A stretch of 64,000 nucleotides of DNA, from contig JAYTHY010000112.1 of assembly GCA_043732185.1 (NCBI GenBank), forward strand, positions 32,001 to 96,000. Reading direction: 5' to 3'. The notes beneath the pieces were generated by a model. The model searched no databases. It was not told where the DNA came from and saw only the letters and a program-made list of their open reading frames with translations. Made by a program: the position numbers and the translations under genes. The DNA is from Fibrobacteria bacterium. Its GTDB lineage: Bacteria; Fibrobacterota; Fibrobacteria; UBA11236. This document shows positions 58,879-64,000 of the stretch, piece after piece. Numbering within the stretch: the first letter of the stretch is position 1; each line of letters begins with the position of its first letter.

Positions 58879-61182
58879 TTAAAGGGATAAATCCACCCAA
58901 AGTCCGAAGGAGCGGGGTTGTCCAAAATGGGTGCTTCCAAAACTGGATTCAAACTTGTACAAGTACGGTGTATCCAAAACATTGAGGATGGCTGCATGCA
59001 TTTCCAGTGCGGGTCCCGGAGTCGATTTTACTTGATAGGTAAGACCCAGATCAAACACGGCATGGGGGGCAACGGATTTGTCCGGAGAGCCTGGTTTTTC
59101 CGGATCTAGAGAAAGCAAATCGATCACATCGTCACCATAGCCACGTCGCTTCAGTTCGGCTCGGGACTGGACCGCATCCAAACCAGAACCATCATTGGCG
59201 ACAAGATCAAAAGGGAGTCCGGAGTCGAATCGACCCCCCCAATTGAACGCAAAACCCATTGGCAGTTGGTAGCGCATGTTTAGCACCCCCGTGGCAATTT
59301 GATTGTGTTCGGTGGGAAAGAAATCCTCGCCGGCAAAAGGATGTCCGTAATTATGGCCTTCCTCGCCGACTAATAATCCAGCAGCAATGGGCGAAGAACC
59401 GTCATCGGGTTTAAGGCCTAAAGAGGCACAGCCACCCAAGGACAGGGTGCCGGAAAGTCTTTGCCATTCCCGTAAACGCAAACGAAGCTGACCTCCCGCT
59501 ACCAGACCTCGTTTGAGGTTGATGGGAAAGATCAGACCTGAATTTCCGAGTTCGGCTTTAACCAGAAAATCACGAATGTATTTCCCGTAGACTCCTCCAT
59601 CGAGAATCCAATACGGCCCCATCGATACATCCGAACCGAGATCAAAAACTATGGCACGCTCCGCGCCCACAGTAGCATGCGTGTTACCTTGTTCGCTTCC
59701 GGACAGCGGCAGTAAAGCGCGCGAGCTGGAAAGGAGAATGTATTCAAGCGGAGCCCGCGAGGTCACCCAATCCAAGGAAGCCCAAAAATTGAGAGTGGGC
59801 GAAACTGTATAACTAGTAGCCAAGCGCGGGGAAACGGCTTGTTCGATTTTGAAAATAGAAAAGGCATCATATCGGAGTCCCAATGCCAGATTCCATGCAC
59901 CTAACGCAAAAGCATCTTCTGCATACGTGGCGGCGGTCCAGCCTGTTCCGACTTCTTGAGTTTCCAAGGAATGGCCGCCATGGGTTAAATCAAATGTCAG
60001 AAGGCGGGGATCCCCATTGGGTCCAGCCAGCGCGGAATCCGTGATGGCAAAGGCGAGTGATTCGGAAAGGGGATTGTATTCTCCCGAGACACCTGCATGG
60101 ATGCGATGTATACGTCCGCCAATGCGCGGGTGGAGAGTAAGTTCCGCAAGGCCGCCATGGTATCCCTCTTGACGGAAGGCCCCGAGAAAATAGCGTTCAT
60201 TTTCGGCTATGGCCTGTAGGGAATCCTGGGTACCGGCCAATCTGGAAAGGCCGCCACTGGTGAGGTTTGCTTTGGTTCCCCGTGCATACAGAGAGAATGC
60301 CAAGGATGTTCCAGCTCCCAAATCGAGATCGGCCCGCGCACCCATCAAGTAGGATCGTAAGGCCTGGCCCTGGTCCTGTCCGGGATTGCGCAACTTAAGA
60401 TTAGGGATTTCAAAATCACTGGCGTCGTAGGCGCCCATGAATCGCAGTTCCAGATGTGTGGTAGCTAGGGCGGTGAGCTTTCCGAACACGTGATTGCTGT
60501 GTCCAGCATCATGTATAGCAGTGAATCCGGAAATGGGATCGAGATAGCGGTTGGTTTGACTGTGCGATGCGTTCAAGACCAAACCGGTTCGTTCGCCCAA
60601 GCGACCACTAGCCATGCCTTCCACATCGCGGGTTCCGAAAGAGCCAGCACCCGCACCGGCACGCAAGGCAAACGGCCTAGTTAGACCATCTTGCATGGTG
60701 ACGTCCACTACGGCAGATCCTCCCACATATTGGGCGGGCAGGCCTCCCATATGGATGTCCACCGATTTGGCCATATCGGTCGAATATAAGCTGGAATAAA
60801 TCCGGGTGGGATTGCCGGGCCAAGGAATGCCATCCACGATATATTGGATTTGAGCATCCTCGCCGCGTGCGTGCATGCGGCCGTCCTCATCAGGAATAAT
60901 GTCCGCGGATTGAAGCAGCATGGCTTCGCCGACTTTTTCTCGGGAGGGACAGAGTAGGTTTGCTATGTCCTTGGCCAAGTATACTCGGTGACCGGAAGAG
61001 TCCGGCGTGCCTTCACTTACACGGACCCGAATGAATCGGCTAGGCAACTCCAAGCTGTCGTCCGGGGCATGGAAAAGTGAATCTTGACTGTGAACGCTGC
61101 CAGACAAAATCAAGACTAGAACTGTCCACAAGAATGGCATCGGTTCAAAATAACCTGATGACACTAATTTGTCAGTCCTCAT
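58879..61182 (-). CDS. TonB-dependent receptor
   Basis: Plug motif H.RG...QYIVDG.P, GGLPAQY; GLRYD, SPRL, NVLD..Y, QPRSF. Confidence 0.85.
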   Translation of the reverse strand: MRTDKLVSSGYFEPMPFLWTVLVLILSGSVHSQDSLFHAPDDSLELPSRFIRVRVSEGTPDSSGHRVYLAKDIANLLCPSREKVGEAMLLQSADIIPDEDGRMHARGEDAQIQYIVDGIPWPGNPTRIYSSLYSTDMAKSVDIHMGGLPAQYVGGSAVVDVTMQDGLTRPFALRAGAGAGSFGTRDVEGMASGRLGERTGLVLNASHSQTNRYLDPISGFTAIHDAGHSNHVFGKLTALATTHLELRFMGAYDASDFEIPNLKLRNPGQDQGQALRSYLMGARADLDLGAGTSLAFSLYARGTKANLTSGGLSRLAGTQDSLQAIAENERYFLGAFRQEGYHGGLAELTLHPRIGGRIHRIHAGVSGEYNPLSESLAFAITDSALAGPNGDPRLLTFDLTHGGHSLETQEVGTGWTAATYAEDAFALGAWNLALGLRYDAFSIFKIEQAVSPRLATSYTVSPTLNFWASLDWVTSRAPLEYILLSSSRALLPLSGSEQGNTHATVGAERAIVFDLGSDVSMGPYWILDGGVYGKYIRDFLVKAELGNSGLIFPINLKRGLVAGGQLRLRLREWQRLSGTLSLGGCASLGLKPDDGSSPIAAGLLVGEEGHNYGHPFAGEDFFPTEHNQIATGVLNMRYQLPMGFAFNWGGRFDSGLPFDLVANDGSGLDAVQSRAELKRRGYGDDVIDLLSLDPEKPGSPDKSVAPHAVFDLGLTYQVKSTPGPALEMHAAILNVLDTPYLYKFESSFGSTHFGQPRSFGLWVDLSL

Positions 61183-62282
61183 CCTTTATCGGCCAAAACC
61201 TGGTCCAGTGCCACGGATCCGGTCAATATCACACCTAGGATCACTTTTTGCATAGTGGAGGGTATGCCAACTTGTTCCATTCCATTCAATATACTGGCCA
61301 TAAGCAATGCGCCCAGCAAGGACATCCACACATTTCCAGAACCGCCACGCAAACTGGTGCCCCCGATGACGCAGGCCGCAATAGCATTCAGTTCCTGGTA
61401 GTCCCCGATATCGGCAGCCGATGCCATTAACTGCGAGGTGGCAACTAGGCCCGCCAACCAAGTGAGCATGGCCATGAGCATAAATACACCGATGGTATGC
61501 CAGTGAATGGAGATACCGGAATATTCCGCTGCTTGACGATTGGAGCCTATTGCAAAAACATGACGTCCAAAGCGCGTGCGCACTGCCAAGGTATGGCATA
61601 CTGCTGCCGTAAGCAACATGGCCACAACGCAAACAGGAACTCCGCGGTCGGCATTGGCAATGGCAACAAAGACGAATGCGACGACTATCCAAATTGCCGA
61701 TTCCAAACCGGAGCGCCAACCTGAAATCTCAGGCAAGCTGTGTTTCTTCCGCTCTATCGCACTTTGCCATGCGAGGCCGATTCGCATTGCCGCGAAAAGG
61801 CTTGCTGCGGCATAGCTTTGACCAGTTGAGAGATAACCTTGTCCCAAATATAAAAGTCCGGGATTTTGAATGGGAATAACTGGGTTGGCTAGATATTGCT
61901 TAAGCCCTGTATAGGCCATGAGCCCACTCAAGGTGGCAATGAAAGCCGGAACTTTTAAATAGGCAACCACCGATCCATGAATGAGGCCCATCAACAGAGC
62001 CAGGCAAAGGCTAATGCCTAGTGCCGTCCATATTGAAAACGGGTAGTGGTACAGGCAATAGGCGTTCACTGCACCGAGCAGTCCCAGTCCGGCTCCCACA
62101 GACAAATCAATATTCCCAGCGGCCATTACAAAAGTCATACCCGTAGCCAAAATTCCAACTACAGTTAGGTATTTGAAAAGGTTCACCATGTTTCCGGCTG
62201 TAAGAACTGCGCCTCCGGACCAAAAGTGGAATGCCACCCAAAGGATGGGAATGATCAGAATAAGAGCAAGAGTGCGTTTCAT
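61179..62282 (-). CDS. xylH: Sugar (xylose-type) ABC transporter permease
   Basis: IDLSVG, PAFIATL, TRFGR..FAIG.N..AA..SGI, AIAACVIGGTSL.GG.G; ATGA overlap with the ATPase. Confidence 0.8.
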   Translation of the reverse strand: MKRTLALILIIPILWVAFHFWSGGAVLTAGNMVNLFKYLTVVGILATGMTFVMAAGNIDLSVGAGLGLLGAVNAYCLYHYPFSIWTALGISLCLALLMGLIHGSVVAYLKVPAFIATLSGLMAYTGLKQYLANPVIPIQNPGLLYLGQGYLSTGQSYAAASLFAAMRIGLAWQSAIERKKHSLPEISGWRSGLESAIWIVVAFVFVAIANADRGVPVCVVAMLLTAAVCHTLAVRTRFGRHVFAIGSNRQAAEYSGISIHWHTIGVFMLMAMLTWLAGLVATSQLMASAADIGDYQELNAIAACVIGGTSLRGGSGNVWMSLLGALLMASILNGMEQVGIPSTMQKVILGVILTGSVALDQVLADKG

Positions 62283-63862
62283 AGAGCTGCGCCTCCCGCG
62301 CAAAGTTCCAAAATGGTTTGCGAGTCTGCTTCCGCTGCCGCGTATGTACCGACCATGTGGCCTTGGCGTAGAACCAAAATGCGATGGGATAGGCGTAAGA
62401 CTTCTTCATTCTCGGAAGAGATGAGAAGGATGCCGATGCCGACCTTCGATAAACTTTGAATGATGCGATATATCTCGGCCTTTGCTCCAATATCTACGCC
62501 GCGCGTCGGATCGTCCAATAACAGTAGGCGCGGTTTGGTCAACAACCATTTGGCCAGGACGACCTTTTGCTGATTGCCTCCGGATAGCAAACCCGCTGGG
62601 AATTCCCCATGCAAGGTTTTTATGCCGAGGTCATGAATAGACAATTCCGTTTGCCGCATTTCCTTATTTGTATTTATGAATTGAAAAAACTGACAGAATT
62701 GTTTCAAACAGGCACTGGTAATATTATGCCGAATGCTTTGCTGCAACATTAAACCGTTTTGCCTTCGGTTTTCCGGGACCAGCGCTATGCCAGCGGACAC
62801 AGCTTGTTTTGGATGGGTGGGCACATAGGGTCGCCCCGCAATTTCTATACGCCCTGTTCCGGGCACCGGACCCATTCCGAATAACGATTCAACCAACTCC
62901 GTTCGGCCTGCCCCCATTAATCCCACTAAGCCCAAAATTTCGCCATGGGCCAAATCAAAGGATATGTTATCCAGAATCGATACTTCTTTATTGCGGGCTG
63001 ACAAAACACTCCAGTTACGGACGCTCAATAGGGGAGGGTCTACTGCGGGAGGTGGGGGCGTGCGAGCTGGAAAGGCATCGTCGAGTGTGCGGCCCAGCAT
63101 CAGTTGGACCACCTTTGCGGGCGTGGAGTCTGCCTTTGATACTGTTTCCACGCTGCTGCCATTGCGTAGAACGGTTATCCGGTCGGCAATGGCAAAGACC
63201 TCGTCGAGTTTATGGGAAACGTAGACGATACTCTGCCCGTCTGCCCTTAAGGTGCGGAGCAAATCAAGGAGGATATCGGATTCGCGCGCCGTTAAAGCGG
63301 AGGTGAGCTCATCTAAAATCAGGATGCGACCTGTTCCAGGGCCCGAATCGGTTTTGGGCTCTGCCAATTTCAGATCCGGGTGCACCATCAAGGCTCTGGC
63401 TATCTCGACCAGTTGCATATTTCCAATCGTCAGTTCTGCAACTGTTTGGTGTGGCTTTATGTCCTTACGTCCCAAGGTTGCCAGTAACCGCGCGGTTTCC
63501 GCTTCCATGCGTAGCCTATCGATCCATCCATTCCGAGTCAGTTCCTGACCCAGAAATATGTTTTCTGCTACGGTTAAATCCAGCGCCAGGGACAACTCCT
63601 GGTGTATGACGACAATTCCATTTGACTTGGCCTCGCCTGGGCCGGTGAATTGGCATGCCTCCCCCTGTTTTAGCACGGTACCAGTATAGGCACCCCAGGG
63701 AAGGATCCCAGCCAGAATTTTGATTAGGGTGGACTTGCCTGCGCCGTTTTCGCCGCACAGTGCATGGATTTCTCCAGGATATAAATCCATATCCACCTGA
63801 GTGAGGGCGGGTACGCCCGCATAGGCCTTGGCTAGGCCGCGTATCGAAAGAATTTGGACCAC
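62279..63862 (-). CDS. xylG: Sugar (xylose-type) ABC transporter ATP-binding protein
   Basis: GENGAGKST, two NBDs, GLMGAGRTE, LSGGNQQK. Confidence 0.85.
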   Translation of the reverse strand: MVQILSIRGLAKAYAGVPALTQVDMDLYPGEIHALCGENGAGKSTLIKILAGILPWGAYTGTVLKQGEACQFTGPGEAKSNGIVVIHQELSLALDLTVAENIFLGQELTRNGWIDRLRMEAETARLLATLGRKDIKPHQTVAELTIGNMQLVEIARALMVHPDLKLAEPKTDSGPGTGRILILDELTSALTARESDILLDLLRTLRADGQSIVYVSHKLDEVFAIADRITVLRNGSSVETVSKADSTPAKVVQLMLGRTLDDAFPARTPPPPAVDPPLLSVRNWSVLSARNKEVSILDNISFDLAHGEILGLVGLMGAGRTELVESLFGMGPVPGTGRIEIAGRPYVPTHPKQAVSAGIALVPENRRQNGLMLQQSIRHNITSACLKQFCQFFQFINTNKEMRQTELSIHDLGIKTLHGEFPAGLLSGGNQQKVVLAKWLLTKPRLLLLDDPTRGVDIGAKAEIYRIIQSLSKVGIGILLISSENEEVLRLSHRILVLRQGHMVGTYAAAEADSQTILELCAGGAAL

Positions 63863-63878
63863 GTTCCTTGGTCTTTAA

Positions 63879-64000
63879 TTACTGGCCTGCTGTGACGCTG
63901 CCGATGATTTCTTCTTTGGTATGGTAACCGTCGGCAACCACAGTCTCCATTAGGTTTTCCTTGGTGACTGGAATTGGCGTGAGAAAAACTGCGGGAACCT
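63879..64000 (-). CDS. xylF: C-terminus of a xylose-type ABC substrate-binding protein (partial)
   Basis: Hand translation VPAVFLTPIPVTKENLMETVVADGYHTKEEI...GQ*, matching the XylF C-terminal pattern; directly upstream of the ATPase. Confidence 0.7.
   Translation of the reverse strand, partial: VPAVFLTPIPVTKENLMETVVADGYHTKEEIIGSVTAGQ

Overview
Gene-dense bacterial window, most likely from a Fibrobacterota genome (inferred from a TIGR02147-like gene, a TIGR02171-like lipoprotein and Fibrobacter-style C-terminal tails). From left to right: (1) 1-6.4 kb housekeeping genes (CorC/HlyC-family, ybeY, mqnE, a molybdopterin oxidoreductase, an LTA-synthase/sulfatase-family protein) ending in tRNA-Ala(GGC). 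(2) 6.4-15.7 kb dense two-component island: 2 histidine kinases and 7 response regulators, with duplicated candidate operator boxes. (3) 15.7-32 kb secreted proteins: two LRR paralogs, an S8 protease, a TIGR02147/DUF2341 pair, a ThuA-like protein, an uncharacterised outer-membrane barrel and three tandem beta-propeller paralogs with variable loops and a visible duplication scar. (4) 33-43 kb envelope/glycan-modification region: AlgI-like and AlgX/J-like acetyltransferases, TolB-like proteins, barrels and a plant-type UDP-apiose/xylose synthase homologue. (5) 43-59 kb secreted CAZyme-like cluster (GH78-like, esterases, GH2, DUF2341-LamG proteins). (6) 59-64 kb TonB-dependent receptor coupled to a xylFGH-like ABC transporter. 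I saw no integrase, transposase, CRISPR array, reverse transcriptase or rRNA. All family calls come from motif recognition by eye; no database searches were run.
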